Assembly (NCBI GenBank): GCA_041912555.1
Contig: JAYRMU010000063.1
Location: 103,236 to 167,235 of the forward strand
DNA from: Thermoanaerobaculia bacterium
Lineage (GTDB): Bacteria; Acidobacteriota; Thermoanaerobaculia; UBA5066; Gp7-AA6
Direction: 5' to 3'
DNA length: 64,000 bases
A model generated the notes under the pieces. The model was not told where the DNA came from, made no database searches, and saw only the letters and a list, made by a program, of their open reading frames with translations. A program made the translations under genes and the position numbers. Positions 37,134 to 46,580 of the stretch are shown one piece after another. Numbering within the stretch: the stretch's first letter is position 1; every line of letters begins with the position of its first letter.

Positions 37134-39077
37134 CTACATGGCCCCCACGACGAAGAGAAGCAGCGCGACCAGGCCGAGGAAGAACGTCAGCGCGTAGTTG
37201 CGCACGTTGCCGGTCTGCAGGAAGCGCAGGAAGTCGCCGGCCAGCTCGACGAGGAACGCCGCGGCGTTGAGGATGCCGTCGATGACGAGCACGTCCACGA
37301 CCTTCCAGAGCGTCCGCGCGAGCCAGGCGAACGGCCGGACGAACAGGAAGCCGTAGAGCTCGTCGATCCGGTACTTGTCGGCGACGAGCGCGTACGCGCC
37401 GGGCAGGGCGGCGGCGACGCGGGCCGGCGTGAGCCCTCCCTGCTTCGCGTACCACTGGTAGGCGAGGTACAGGCCGGAAGCCGCGACCGCCACCGAGACG
37501 GCCATGAGGAGCCACTCGGTGGCATGAGGCATCGCCTCCCGGGCGCCCTCGTGGCCCGCGATGGGGGCGATGATCGGAGCCAGAAACGGCTCGATGACGT
37601 TGGCGTGCTCCCCGAACACGGCGGGCAACCCGAGCCAGCCCGCGACGAGCGACAGGACTCCGAGCACGACCAGCGGGAAGGTCATCGAGGCCGGCGACTC
37701 GTGCAGGTGGTGGGCCTGTTCCTTCGTGCCCCGGAACTCGCCGTAGAAGGTCAGGGACACGATCCGGAACATGTAGAAGGCCGTCAGGCCCGCCGTGAAG
37801 AGGCCCACGAACCAGAGCAGCTTTCCGAGGCCGGGGGCCTCGAACGAGCTCGCGAGGATCGCGTCCTTCGAGAAGAACCCGGCGAACGGCGGGATGCCGG
37901 CGATGGCCAGGGTCGCGGCCAGGAAGGTCCAGTAGGTGATCGGCATCTTCGACTTCAGGCCGCCCATGTGCCGGATGTCGAGGTCGTCGGACATGGCGTG
38001 CATGACCGAGCCCGCGCCGAGGAAGAGGCAGGCCTTGAAGCACGCGTGGGTCATGACGTGGAACATGCCGACCGAGAAGGCGCCGACCCCGCAGGCCAGG
38101 AACATGTAGCCGAGCTGGGAGATCGTCGAATAGGCCAGGACCTTCTTGAGGTCGTTCTGCGCGACGGCGATCGTCCCGGCGAAGAGGGCGGTGAAGCAGC
38201 CGATGACGGCGACGAAGAGCATGACCTCCGGCGCGAGCCGGAAGAGCACGTTGCAGCGGGACACCATGTACACGCCGGCCGTGACCATGGTGGCCGCGTG
38301 GATGAGGGCCGAGACGGGCGTCGGGCCGGCCATGGCGTCGGGCAGCCAGACGTAGAGCGGGACCTGGGCGCTCTTGCCCATGGCCCCGATGAAGAGACAC
38401 AGGCAGATCGCCGAGAGCGCGGGGGAGAACTGCGCGGGCTGCTCGGCGGCCTTGCGGAAGACCTCGGTGTAGTTCAGCGAGCCGAACGCCGTGAAGATCC
38501 CGAACATGCCGAGCAGGAAGCCGTAGTCGCCGATCCGGTTCACGACGAAGGCCTTGCGCCCGGCCAGGGCGGCGTACTCGCGGTCGAAGTAGTAGCCGAC
38601 CAGCAGGTACGAGCAGAGGCCGACGCCCTCCCAGCCGACGAACATGAGGAGGAAGCTCTCCGCGAGCACGAGGGTCAGCATCGCGAAGAGGAAGAGGTTC
38701 AGGTACGCGAAGAAGCGCGCATAGCCGGCGTCGGTGGCCTCGTGGTGCATGTAGCCGATCGCGTACACGTGGATCAGGAAGGCCACGAACGTCACGAACG
38801 CGAGCATCAGCGCCGAGAGGGGGTCGAGCCGGAAAGAGATGTCGATCGAAAGGCTGCCGATCGAGATCCAGCTCGTCACGGGCTCGATGACGGCCGCGTG
38901 GCTGCCGGACAGGAACGGCACCAGGCGGCTGTAGGCCGCCAGCGTGACGAGGCCGGCCGCGCCGACGCCCACGGCGGTGACGAACGACTTGCCCAGGCGC
39001 GTGCCGAGCAGCGCGTTGACCGCGAAGCCGGCGAGCGGGATCGCCGGGAGGACCCAGAGCGGCAGCGAAGACGTCAT
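37134..39077 (-). CDS. nuoL: NADH-quinone oxidoreductase subunit L
   Basis: 647 aa. WLPDAMAGPTPVSALIHAATMVTAGVYM. Confidence 0.85.
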   Translation of the reverse strand: MTSSLPLWVLPAIPLAGFAVNALLGTRLGKSFVTAVGVGAAGLVTLAAYSRLVPFLSGSHAAVIEPVTSWISIGSLSIDISFRLDPLSALMLAFVTFVAFLIHVYAIGYMHHEATDAGYARFFAYLNLFLFAMLTLVLAESFLLMFVGWEGVGLCSYLLVGYYFDREYAALAGRKAFVVNRIGDYGFLLGMFGIFTAFGSLNYTEVFRKAAEQPAQFSPALSAICLCLFIGAMGKSAQVPLYVWLPDAMAGPTPVSALIHAATMVTAGVYMVSRCNVLFRLAPEVMLFVAVIGCFTALFAGTIAVAQNDLKKVLAYSTISQLGYMFLACGVGAFSVGMFHVMTHACFKACLFLGAGSVMHAMSDDLDIRHMGGLKSKMPITYWTFLAATLAIAGIPPFAGFFSKDAILASSFEAPGLGKLLWFVGLFTAGLTAFYMFRIVSLTFYGEFRGTKEQAHHLHESPASMTFPLVVLGVLSLVAGWLGLPAVFGEHANVIEPFLAPIIAPIAGHEGAREAMPHATEWLLMAVSVAVAASGLYLAYQWYAKQGGLTPARVAAALPGAYALVADKYRIDELYGFLFVRPFAWLARTLWKVVDVLVIDGILNAAAFLVELAGDFLRFLQTGNVRNYALTFFLGLVALLLFVVGAM

Positions 39078-39090
39078 GCCGGTTCCCGCC

Positions 39091-39402
39091 TCACCACTTC
39101 AACAGGTTGATCTTGTTCACGTCGATGGTTTCCGTGTGGCGGAAGAGCGCGACGAAGATCGCGAGGCCGACCGAGGCTTCGGCGGCCGCGATCGCGATGA
39201 CGAAGAAGACGAGGATCTGGCCTTCGTGGGTGCCAAGGGCGGCGCCGTAGCCGAGCAGCGCGAGGTTGGTCGCGTTCATCATCAGCTCGATCGACAGGAA
39301 GATCTGGATCGCGTTGCGGCGCAGGAGGGCGCCCGCGATCCCGATCGCGAAGAGCGCTCCCGACACGAGCAGGACGTCCGACAGGGGGATCGAGCCGATC
39401 AC
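39091..39402 (-). CDS. nuoK: NADH-quinone oxidoreductase subunit K
   Basis: 103 aa. IELMMNATNLALL. Confidence 0.85.
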   Translation of the reverse strand: MIGSIPLSDVLLVSGALFAIGIAGALLRRNAIQIFLSIELMMNATNLALLGYGAALGTHEGQILVFFVIAIAAAEASVGLAIFVALFRHTETIDVNKINLLKW

Positions 39403-39911
39403 GGCGCGTCCTCCCGCCGGGCGAGGACGAAGGCCCCGACGAGCGCGGCGAGCAGCAGCACGGAGACGGCCTCGAAGTGCAGCAGGTAGTCCGAGAAGAG
39501 CAGCCGCGCGATGGCCGCCGGGTCCGCGAGCGACTCCGGGGCGACGGACTCCGGCAGGGGAGGCAGGTGGGAGCCGCTCCCGCGCAGCATGCCGAGGAGC
39601 AGCCCGGCGAAGACGACGACGGCGAGGCTGCCGAGGACCGTCTGGATGGGGCGGCGCGCCCCGTCGGGCTGCTCGCGCCCGACGTTGAGCAGCATCAGGA
39701 CGAAGAGAAAGAGAACGAGGATCGCGCCCGCGTACACGATGACCTGCAGCGCGGCGATGAACGGCGAAAGCACGAGGACGTAGCAGACCGCGAGGGCGAA
39801 GAACGAGACGACCAGCGCGAGAACGCTCTTGACGGGGTCGCGCCCGACGACCATGAGGCCGGCGAAGACGATGGCCCCGAGGGCCGCGGCGTCGAAGATC
39901 AGGCGTTCCAT
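39399..39911 (-). CDS. nuoJ: NADH-quinone oxidoreductase subunit J
   Basis: 170 aa. Membrane protein in conserved order between nuoH and nuoK. Confidence 0.75.
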   Translation of the reverse strand: MERLIFDAAALGAIVFAGLMVVGRDPVKSVLALVVSFFALAVCYVLVLSPFIAALQVIVYAGAILVLFLFVLMLLNVGREQPDGARRPIQTVLGSLAVVVFAGLLLGMLRGSGSHLPPLPESVAPESLADPAAIARLLFSDYLLHFEAVSVLLLAALVGAFVLARREDAP

Positions 39912-39915
39912 GGCG

Positions 39916-40962
39916 CTAGCGGTGAAGCCTCCACATCTCGAGGCCGGCGACCCAGAGCAGGTTCGCGAGGGCGAGCGGCAGCAGGGCCTTCCAGCCGAGC
40001 TTCATGAGCTGGTCGTAGCGGAAGCGCGGCAGGGTCCAGCGGACCCAGATGAACACGAGGACGAGCGCGCCCGTCTTCGCCGCGAAGACGAGCAGCGAGG
40101 CGAGGCCGCCGACGACGCCGTGCGGGTGGTAGCCCGGCAGGGACCAGCCGCCGAAGTAGAGCGTCGCGGTCATCGCCGACGCCACGATGACGTTGATGTA
40201 CTCGGCCAGGAAGTAGGAGCCGAAGCGCATCGCGGAGTACTCGGTGTGGTAGCCGGCGACGAGCTCGGCCTCCGCCTCGGGCAGGTCGAACGGAAGGCGG
40301 TTGGTCTCGGCGAAGGCCGAGATGAAGAACACGAGGAAGCCGAAGAACTGCGGGAAGACCGTCCAGCGCGGGACGAACGGGAGCAGGTGAAAGGCGCCCT
40401 GCTGCATGCCGACGATGTCGGTCAGCCGGAACGACCCGGCGGCGAGGACGACCCCGGCGGCGGCCGTCGTCATGGCGAGCTCGTAGGAGATGATCTGCGC
40501 GCTCGACCGGATGCCGCCCATCAGGGCGAACTTGTCGTTCGACGACCAGCCCGCGAGCACGATCGAGTACACCGACAGCGACGTGATCGCGAAGACGTAA
40601 AGAAGGCCGATCGAGATGTCGGCGCCGATCAGGGGGATCGAGTGGCCGGCGACCTCGATCGTGGGCCCGTAGGGGACGACGGCGAAGGTCGAGAGCGCCG
40701 CGAACACCGCGAGGCCCGGCGCGAGGAGGAAGAGGAACTTGTCGGCCGAGGAGGGGACGACGTCCTCCTTCGTGAAGAGTTTCAGGATGTCGGCGGGGCT
40801 CTGCATGAGGCCGAACGGGCCCACGCGGTTCGGGCCCGGCCGGTCCTGGATGAAGGCCGCGACGCGGCGCTCGACCCAGACGAGGGGGATCACGATGCCC
40901 GGCAGGATGAGCGCCGGCAGGACGACCCGGAGGACCAGGATCACCCAGTCGATCGCGGTCAC
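39916..40962 (-). CDS. nuoH: NADH-quinone oxidoreductase subunit H
   Basis: 348 aa. LMGGIRSSAQIISYEL...FAETNRLPFDLPEAEAELVAGYHTEYS. GTG start. Confidence 0.85.
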   Translation of the reverse strand: MTAIDWVILVLRVVLPALILPGIVIPLVWVERRVAAFIQDRPGPNRVGPFGLMQSPADILKLFTKEDVVPSSADKFLFLLAPGLAVFAALSTFAVVPYGPTIEVAGHSIPLIGADISIGLLYVFAITSLSVYSIVLAGWSSNDKFALMGGIRSSAQIISYELAMTTAAAGVVLAAGSFRLTDIVGMQQGAFHLLPFVPRWTVFPQFFGFLVFFISAFAETNRLPFDLPEAEAELVAGYHTEYSAMRFGSYFLAEYINVIVASAMTATLYFGGWSLPGYHPHGVVGGLASLLVFAAKTGALVLVFIWVRWTLPRFRYDQLMKLGWKALLPLALANLLWVAGLEMWRLHR

Positions 40963-42641
40963 AGGGTTCCCGCCCAGGCGAAGTCGCCCTTCTTCAGGGT
41001 CGCGCCGCCCTCGAGCTCGGCTTCCGCGATCTTGCCGTAGCCCTCGACCTCCTTCGCGATCTCGCCAAAGATGTCGGCGGGGGTCCAGTTGCGGTCGCCC
41101 CAGCCGAGGGCGTGGGCGAGCAGGAGCAGGAGATCCCAGTGGGCCCGGACCGGCGGCTTCGGCAGGAAGGCGCGCTCGAACCGCTGCACCCGCCCCTGGA
41201 CGTTCGTGAACGTGCCTTCCTTCTCCGAGAGAGAGGCGGCGGGCAGCACCACGTCGGCCGAGCGGGTGAGCGCGTTGGCGGTCCGCGCGGCGGTCGCCAC
41301 GAAGCGCGCCCGGCGCAGGATCGCGGCCTTTTCGGGATCGTCGGCCAGGGCCGCGAAGGTCGCATCGGCGGCGACGATGACCTCGGGCGAGGCCTTTCCG
41401 GAGAGGACGGCGTCGAGGCCGTAGCCCCCCTTGCCGGGGGTCAGGCCCATGTCGCGCGCGCCGCGGAAGTTGGCCGCCGCGTCGTCGCCCTCGACCCACT
41501 CGGTGCGCGACTTGATCTTGCGCGGGCGGGACTTGTCGACGACGACGTCCCGGTTGGGGCAGCCGAGGTGGTCGGCGATCTTCCGCAGGAGGAAGTTCTC
41601 CTCGTTCGAGAGGTGCGCCGAGCCGAGGAAGAAGAGGCCCGAGGGGCCGGTCTTCTCGATCGTGGCGCGGATCTCGCGCGCGATCCGCGCGATGGCCGCC
41701 GGCACGATCGCGTCCTTGACCTCGTTGCCCTCGCGCAGCGTCGCCTTGTGGACGTCGCGGGCGTTCAGGGACTCGGAGAGAAGCCGCCCGTGGTCGCAGA
41801 GCCAGTAGTCGTTGACCTTGGGATTCAGGCGCGGCAGGAAGCGATAGACGACGTCGTCCTTGGACTCGATCGAGACGTTGCACCCGACGTTGCAGCCGGG
41901 GCAGACGGACTTCGACTTCTTGAGATACCAGACCCGGCTGCGGAAGCGGAACTCGCGCACGGTGAGGGCGCCCACCGGGCAGACGTCCGCGGCGCAGCCC
42001 GACCAGTCGTTGGCGAGGGGCTTGCCGTCGTGCGTCCAGACGAGGGTCCGGCCCCCGCGGTCGAGGAACGTGAGCTCGGAGGTGCCCGCGATCTCCTGCG
42101 TGAACCGGATGCACCGCGTGCACTGGATGCACCGGGTCATGTCGGCCACGACGTGCGGGCCGATCATGGTGCGGTCGAAGGTCGGGTACTGCCGCTTCGT
42201 CTCGTCGAAGTGCGAGAGCTGCTGGCCGTAGCCGAACGAGTTGTCCTGGAGCGTGCACTCGCCGGCCTGGTCGCAGATCGGGCAGTCGAGCGGGTGGTTG
42301 ATGAGGAGGAACTCCATCGTCGCGGCGCGGGAGGTCCGGACCTTCTCGGTCGTCGTCTTGACCGAGAGGCCGTCCTTCAGGGGCACCGTGCACGCGGCCT
42401 GGATCTTGGGGATTCCCTCGATCTCGACGAGGCACATGCGGCACTGGCCGACCACCGAGAGGCGGGGGTGGTAGCAGAAGTGGGGGATGTCGACGCCGGC
42501 GAGCTTGGCCGCGTCGATCAGGTTGAGGTTCTTGGGCACCTCCACCGACTTGCCGTCGAAGACCACGGTGAACGTGTCCTTCTGGGGCGGGGGAGGCGGC
42601 GGCGCCGGCGGGGCGGGCGGCTTCGGGGTCGGGCTGCTCAT
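40959..42641 (-). CDS. nuoG: NADH-quinone oxidoreductase subunit G (short, roughly 560-aa form) with a Pro-rich N-terminal extension
   Basis: MSSPTPKPPAPPAPPPPPPQ, then the 2Fe-2S/4Fe-4S cysteine motifs CYHPRLSVVGQCRMC, HPLDCPICDQAGEC and CIQCTRCIRF. Confidence 0.85.
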   Translation of the reverse strand: MSSPTPKPPAPPAPPPPPPQKDTFTVVFDGKSVEVPKNLNLIDAAKLAGVDIPHFCYHPRLSVVGQCRMCLVEIEGIPKIQAACTVPLKDGLSVKTTTEKVRTSRAATMEFLLINHPLDCPICDQAGECTLQDNSFGYGQQLSHFDETKRQYPTFDRTMIGPHVVADMTRCIQCTRCIRFTQEIAGTSELTFLDRGGRTLVWTHDGKPLANDWSGCAADVCPVGALTVREFRFRSRVWYLKKSKSVCPGCNVGCNVSIESKDDVVYRFLPRLNPKVNDYWLCDHGRLLSESLNARDVHKATLREGNEVKDAIVPAAIARIAREIRATIEKTGPSGLFFLGSAHLSNEENFLLRKIADHLGCPNRDVVVDKSRPRKIKSRTEWVEGDDAAANFRGARDMGLTPGKGGYGLDAVLSGKASPEVIVAADATFAALADDPEKAAILRRARFVATAARTANALTRSADVVLPAASLSEKEGTFTNVQGRVQRFERAFLPKPPVRAHWDLLLLLAHALGWGDRNWTPADIFGEIAKEVEGYGKIAEAELEGGATLKKGDFAWAGTL

Positions 42642-43942
42642 GCGGTCACCATGGCGGCCTTCGCCCCGGACAGGCAGCGCTTGTGCTCGACGTGGTACAG
42701 GAACTCGTCGCGGAACTTCGCGACCGAGGAAAGCAGCGGGGCGGCGGCCCCGTCGGCGAGGACGCAGATCGTCATCCCGTTGTTCATCTGGCCGGCGACG
42801 CGCGACAGCAGGTCCACGTCCTCGGGGCGGCCCTCGCCGTTCTCGATCCGCGTCAGGACCTTGTACAGCCAGGTCGTGCCCTCGCGGCAGGGCGTGCACT
42901 GCCCGCAGGACTCGTGGGAGAAGAACTTGAGGATGTTCTGGATGGCCGCGACGATGCAGGTGTCCTCGTCCATCACGATGATCGCCGCCGAGCCGAGCAT
43001 CGAGCCCTTCGCGGCCACGCCGTCGAAGTCGAGCGGGCAATCCTCGATCTCGTCGGCCTTCAGGATCGGCGCGGAGGCGCCGCCCGGAATCACCGCCTTC
43101 AACTTCTTGCCCCCGAGGATCCCGCGGGCGTAGTCGTCGCCGTAGATGAGGTCCCGGAACGGCAGGCCCATCGCGGCCTCGTAGACGCCGGGGCGGTTGA
43201 CGTGCCCCGAGATGCAGAAGAGCTTGGGGCCCGTGTTCTTCTCGTTGCGGCCGAGCTTGAGGAACCAGTCCGCGCCGCGGTCGATGACGTGCTTGACGCA
43301 GCAGAGGGTCTCGACGTTGTTGACGATGGTCGGGCTGGCGAAGGCCCCCGAGATCGCGGGGAAGGGCGGCTTGATCCGCGGCTGCCCGCGCTTGCCTTCG
43401 ATCGACTCGATCAGGCCCGTCTCCTCGCCGCAGATGTACGCGCCCGCGCCGCGGTGGACCGTGATGTCGAGCGAGAACCCCGAGCCCAAAATGTTCTGGC
43501 CCAGGAACCCCTTCGCGTACGCCTCCTCGACCGCCCGGTTCAGGATGCGCGCGCCGTCGTAGAACTCGCCGCGGATGTAGATGTAGGCCGTCTTGCAGTG
43601 GATCGCGTACGAGGCGAGGATCATTCCCTCGAGGAGCTGGTGAGGGTCGTTCTCCATCACGAGCCGGTCCTTGAACGTCCCGGGCTCGGATTCGTCGGCG
43701 TTGCACAGGAGATAGACCGGCTTCGTGCCGTTCTTCGGAAGGAAGCTCCACTTGACGCCCGCCGAGAACCCGGCGCCCCCGCGCCCGCGCACGTTGGCCT
43801 TCTTGACCTCCTCGAGCACCTGCTCGGGGGTCATCGCTCCCGCGAGGACCTTCCTGAGGCCCGCGTACCCGCCGTCGGCGAGGTAGGTGTCGATCGACTG
43901 GGAGTCGGGCGTTCCGACGCGGCGGCTCAGGATCTTTTCCAC
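42638..43942 (-). CDS. nuoF: NADH-quinone oxidoreductase subunit F
   Basis: GRGGAGFSAG (FMN/NADH site). ESCGQCTPCREG (4Fe-4S). Confidence 0.9.
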   Translation of the reverse strand: MEKILSRRVGTPDSQSIDTYLADGGYAGLRKVLAGAMTPEQVLEEVKKANVRGRGGAGFSAGVKWSFLPKNGTKPVYLLCNADESEPGTFKDRLVMENDPHQLLEGMILASYAIHCKTAYIYIRGEFYDGARILNRAVEEAYAKGFLGQNILGSGFSLDITVHRGAGAYICGEETGLIESIEGKRGQPRIKPPFPAISGAFASPTIVNNVETLCCVKHVIDRGADWFLKLGRNEKNTGPKLFCISGHVNRPGVYEAAMGLPFRDLIYGDDYARGILGGKKLKAVIPGGASAPILKADEIEDCPLDFDGVAAKGSMLGSAAIIVMDEDTCIVAAIQNILKFFSHESCGQCTPCREGTTWLYKVLTRIENGEGRPEDVDLLSRVAGQMNNGMTICVLADGAAAPLLSSVAKFRDEFLYHVEHKRCLSGAKAAMVTA

Positions 43943-43943
43943 G

Positions 43944-44462
43944 TCAGGACTCCCGGGCGAGCCGGTCGAGGAGGGCGTCGAGCTTCGCCTCGTCCATCGG
44001 CTCGTAGTACTTGTCGTTGACCATCATGGACGGGGCCCGGTCGCAGCCGGCGATGCACTCGACCTCGACCAGCGTGAACTTGCCATCCGGGGTCGTCCCC
44101 TCCATCTCGACGCCGAGCCGGCGCTTGCAGTGGTCGAGGAGCCTGCCGGCCCCGCGCAGGTGGCAGGAGATGGACGTGCAGATCTGGAGCAGGTTCCTGC
44201 CCATGGGGCGCAGGTTGAACATCGTGTAGAAGGTCAGGACCCCGTCCACGTGCGAGACCGGCAGCCCCAGGATGCGGGCCACCTCCTCGGCGGATTCCTT
44301 CGAGATCCAGCCCCACGTCTCCTGGGCCACCCAGAGGACGGGAAGTAGCGCCGCCTGCTTCGTGGGGTATCGGGTCAGGATCTTCTCGATCCGGGCCATG
44401 GCCTCGGGAGGGAAGGCGCGCGGCTCGCCGGCCGACTCCACGTGGTAGCGGGTGTGGCTCAC
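43944..44462 (-). CDS. nuoE: NADH-quinone oxidoreductase subunit E
   Basis: 172 aa. CTSISCHLRGAGRLL...ECIAGCDRAPSMMVN (2Fe-2S thioredoxin-like). Confidence 0.85.
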   Translation of the reverse strand: MSHTRYHVESAGEPRAFPPEAMARIEKILTRYPTKQAALLPVLWVAQETWGWISKESAEEVARILGLPVSHVDGVLTFYTMFNLRPMGRNLLQICTSISCHLRGAGRLLDHCKRRLGVEMEGTTPDGKFTLVEVECIAGCDRAPSMMVNDKYYEPMDEAKLDALLDRLARES

Positions 44463-44812
44463 CAGTCGAACGCGCCTTTCTTCCAGATGTAGGCGTACCC
44501 GACGAGCAGGATGGCCAGGAACGAGAACATCTCGACGAACAGCGGCCAGCCGGCGGAGCGGAACACCAGCGCCCAGGGGTAGACGAACGCGATTTCCACG
44601 TCGAACAGGATGAAGACCATCGCGATCACGAAGAACTTGATCGAGACCCGCTTGCGGGAGGCGTCGACGAGGGGGACGCCGCTCTCGTACACCTCGAGCT
44701 TCTTGCGGGTGCGGAGCTTGGGGCCCAGGATGGCGTTGAGAAGCAGGATCGTCGCGGCCATTCCCGCCGCGACGCCGAGCAGGATGAGAATCGGAATGAA
44801 ACTCTCAGGCAT
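44459..44812 (-). CDS. nuoA: NADH-quinone oxidoreductase subunit A
   Basis: 117 aa from MPESFIPILILLGVAAGMAATILLLNAILGPK. The ORF track's upstream GTG (44833) is probably not the real start. Confidence 0.75.
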   Translation of the reverse strand: MPESFIPILILLGVAAGMAATILLLNAILGPKLRTRKKLEVYESGVPLVDASRKRVSIKFFVIAMVFILFDVEIAFVYPWALVFRSAGWPLFVEMFSFLAILLVGYAYIWKKGAFDW

Positions 44813-44920
44813 GGGGCGGCCAGACTTTTTCACAAGGGCAGGTGTGAGTCAACGCATGTCAAAGAGCCAGAAGGGCTAAGTCCTTCCGAGGACGGAGCGA
44901 AGGGTTGCTAGGATCCGGCC

Positions 44921-45598
44921 GTGGAAAGACCGTTTCGCCCCGTCGCGCTCGTGCCCGCCTACGCGGCGGCGGCGACCGTGGGCGCGGTCGTGGCCGGCCT
45001 GAAGAAGAGCGTGGCGCGCGTCGTCGTCGTCGACGACGGGTCGCCGGACGCAACCGGGGCCGAGGCGGAGCGGGCGGGCGCGGAGGTGCTGCGCCTGCCG
45101 GAGAACGGGGGAAAGGGGACGGCGCTGCGCGCGGGGCTCGCGCGGGTCCTCGCGTCCGACGCCACGCACGTCGCCTTCGTGGACGCCGACGGCCAGCACG
45201 ATCCGCAGGACCTGCCCCGGCTCCTCGACGCCGCGCGCGCGGGCGACGACTTCGTGATCGGCTCCCGGATGCAGGAGCCCGAGGCGATCCCGGCCTACCG
45301 CTTCCGCACCAACGAGATCGGCAGCCAGGTGCTCTCGCGCATGACGGGGCACGACGTCGAGGATGCGCAGTCGGGCTATCGCGTCGTGGCGGCCGATGTC
45401 CTCCGGCGCCTCCCGTTGAGCGCGCGCGGATACATCATCGAGACCGAGATCCTTCTGAAGGCCGCCCGGCACGTGAAGCGCTACCGGGCGGTTCCGGTCC
45501 GGGCGATCTACGGGGGGCCGTCGCACTACAGGCCGTTCCGGGACACGTGGGTGATCTCGTGGGGGGCCGTCTACTACAAGGTGTTCGAGACGGACTGA
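44921..45598 (+). CDS. family 2 glycosyltransferase (dolichyl-phosphate mannosyltransferase-like)
   Basis: VVVVDDGSPD...AFVDADGQHDPQDLPRL...IGSR...GYR. GTG start. Confidence 0.7.
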   Translation: MERPFRPVALVPAYAAAATVGAVVAGLKKSVARVVVVDDGSPDATGAEAERAGAEVLRLPENGGKGTALRAGLARVLASDATHVAFVDADGQHDPQDLPRLLDAARAGDDFVIGSRMQEPEAIPAYRFRTNEIGSQVLSRMTGHDVEDAQSGYRVVAADVLRRLPLSARGYIIETEILLKAARHVKRYRAVPVRAIYGGPSHYRPFRDTWVISWGAVYYKVFETD

Positions 45599-45704
45599 GG
45601 CGTCGGAGCGGCGGGGCCTCGCCACCCGCGAGCGTCCCCGGGACGCCCGGCGACCCTGGACGTGCCGCGGCCGACGACCGCCCAGCCGCTACAATCGCCT
45701 CCTC

Positions 45705-46580
45705 GTGGATCCACCCCTCATCACGCCGCTGCGCACGCGGGGCCGCGGCCCGCGCGTCCTCACGGTCGACGCCGAAGACTGGTTCCACGTGTGCGGCGAC
45801 GGGTACTACTCGGACCCCCGCCGGTGGGACGCCTTCGCCTCGCGGATCGAGTCCACGCTCGGCGCGCTCCTGGACGCGCTTGCCCGGGGAGAGCACCGGG
45901 CGACCATCTTCTTTCTCGGCTGGATCGCCCGGCGCCACCCGCGCCTCGTCCGGCGGGCGGCCGAACAGGGACACGAGATCGGCGTTCACGGCGACGTGCA
46001 TGGGCGCGCCGACGAGATGAGCGCGTCCGAGTTCCGCGAGGACCTGCGGCGGGCGCGGGAGTCGGTCGAGGAGGCGGGAGGCGTTCGCGCGCGGTCCTAC
46101 CGGGCGGCCGAATGGTCGATCCGCGACGCCGGCGCCAGCGCCCTCTCCGAGCTCGCGGCTGCGGGGTTCCGCTGCGACGCCTCCATGATGCCCGTGCCCC
46201 CGCTCGGAAGCTCCGACGGCCCCGAGGGACCCCACCGGATCGAGCGCGACGGCTGGTCGCTGACCGAGCTGCCGCCGCTGACCGGCCACGTGGCGGGGCG
46301 CCGTCTCCCGCTCGGCGGGGCCTGGCCGTTCCGCGTCCTGCCCGAGTCGCTCCTCGCCGCCGCCGAGGCGGGGTTTCGCGACCGCGGCTTCCCGGCCGTC
46401 TTCACGCTGCACCCGTGGGAGCTCGACCGCGCGCACCCCCGGATGGACGGTCTGCCGGCGGCGACGCGCGCGGTGCACTTCGCCGGCCTCCGGCGCTTTC
46501 CGCAGCGGCTGGAGCGCTGGCTCGAGCGGGACCGGTGCGTGGCGATCGCCGACGCGCTCCCGGAGCTCGTCCCGGCATGA
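45705..46580 (+). CDS. polysaccharide deacetylase-family protein (DUF3473 type, as found in exopolysaccharide/PEP-CTERM loci)
   Basis: VLTVDAEDWFHV...RATIFFLGWIARRHPRLVRRAAEQGHEIGVHGDVH. The start is uncertain (GTG). Confidence 0.65.
   Translation: MDPPLITPLRTRGRGPRVLTVDAEDWFHVCGDGYYSDPRRWDAFASRIESTLGALLDALARGEHRATIFFLGWIARRHPRLVRRAAEQGHEIGVHGDVHGRADEMSASEFREDLRRARESVEEAGGVRARSYRAAEWSIRDAGASALSELAAAGFRCDASMMPVPPLGSSDGPEGPHRIERDGWSLTELPPLTGHVAGRRLPLGGAWPFRVLPESLLAAAEAGFRDRGFPAVFTLHPWELDRAHPRMDGLPAATRAVHFAGLRRFPQRLERWLERDRCVAIADALPELVPA

Noticed and set aside
44813-44833. Upstream GTG start for nuoA (MKKSGRP extension)
   Set aside because: NuoA homologues begin near the first TM helix. The extension has no SD. 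The ATG at 44812 gives the conventional N-terminus.
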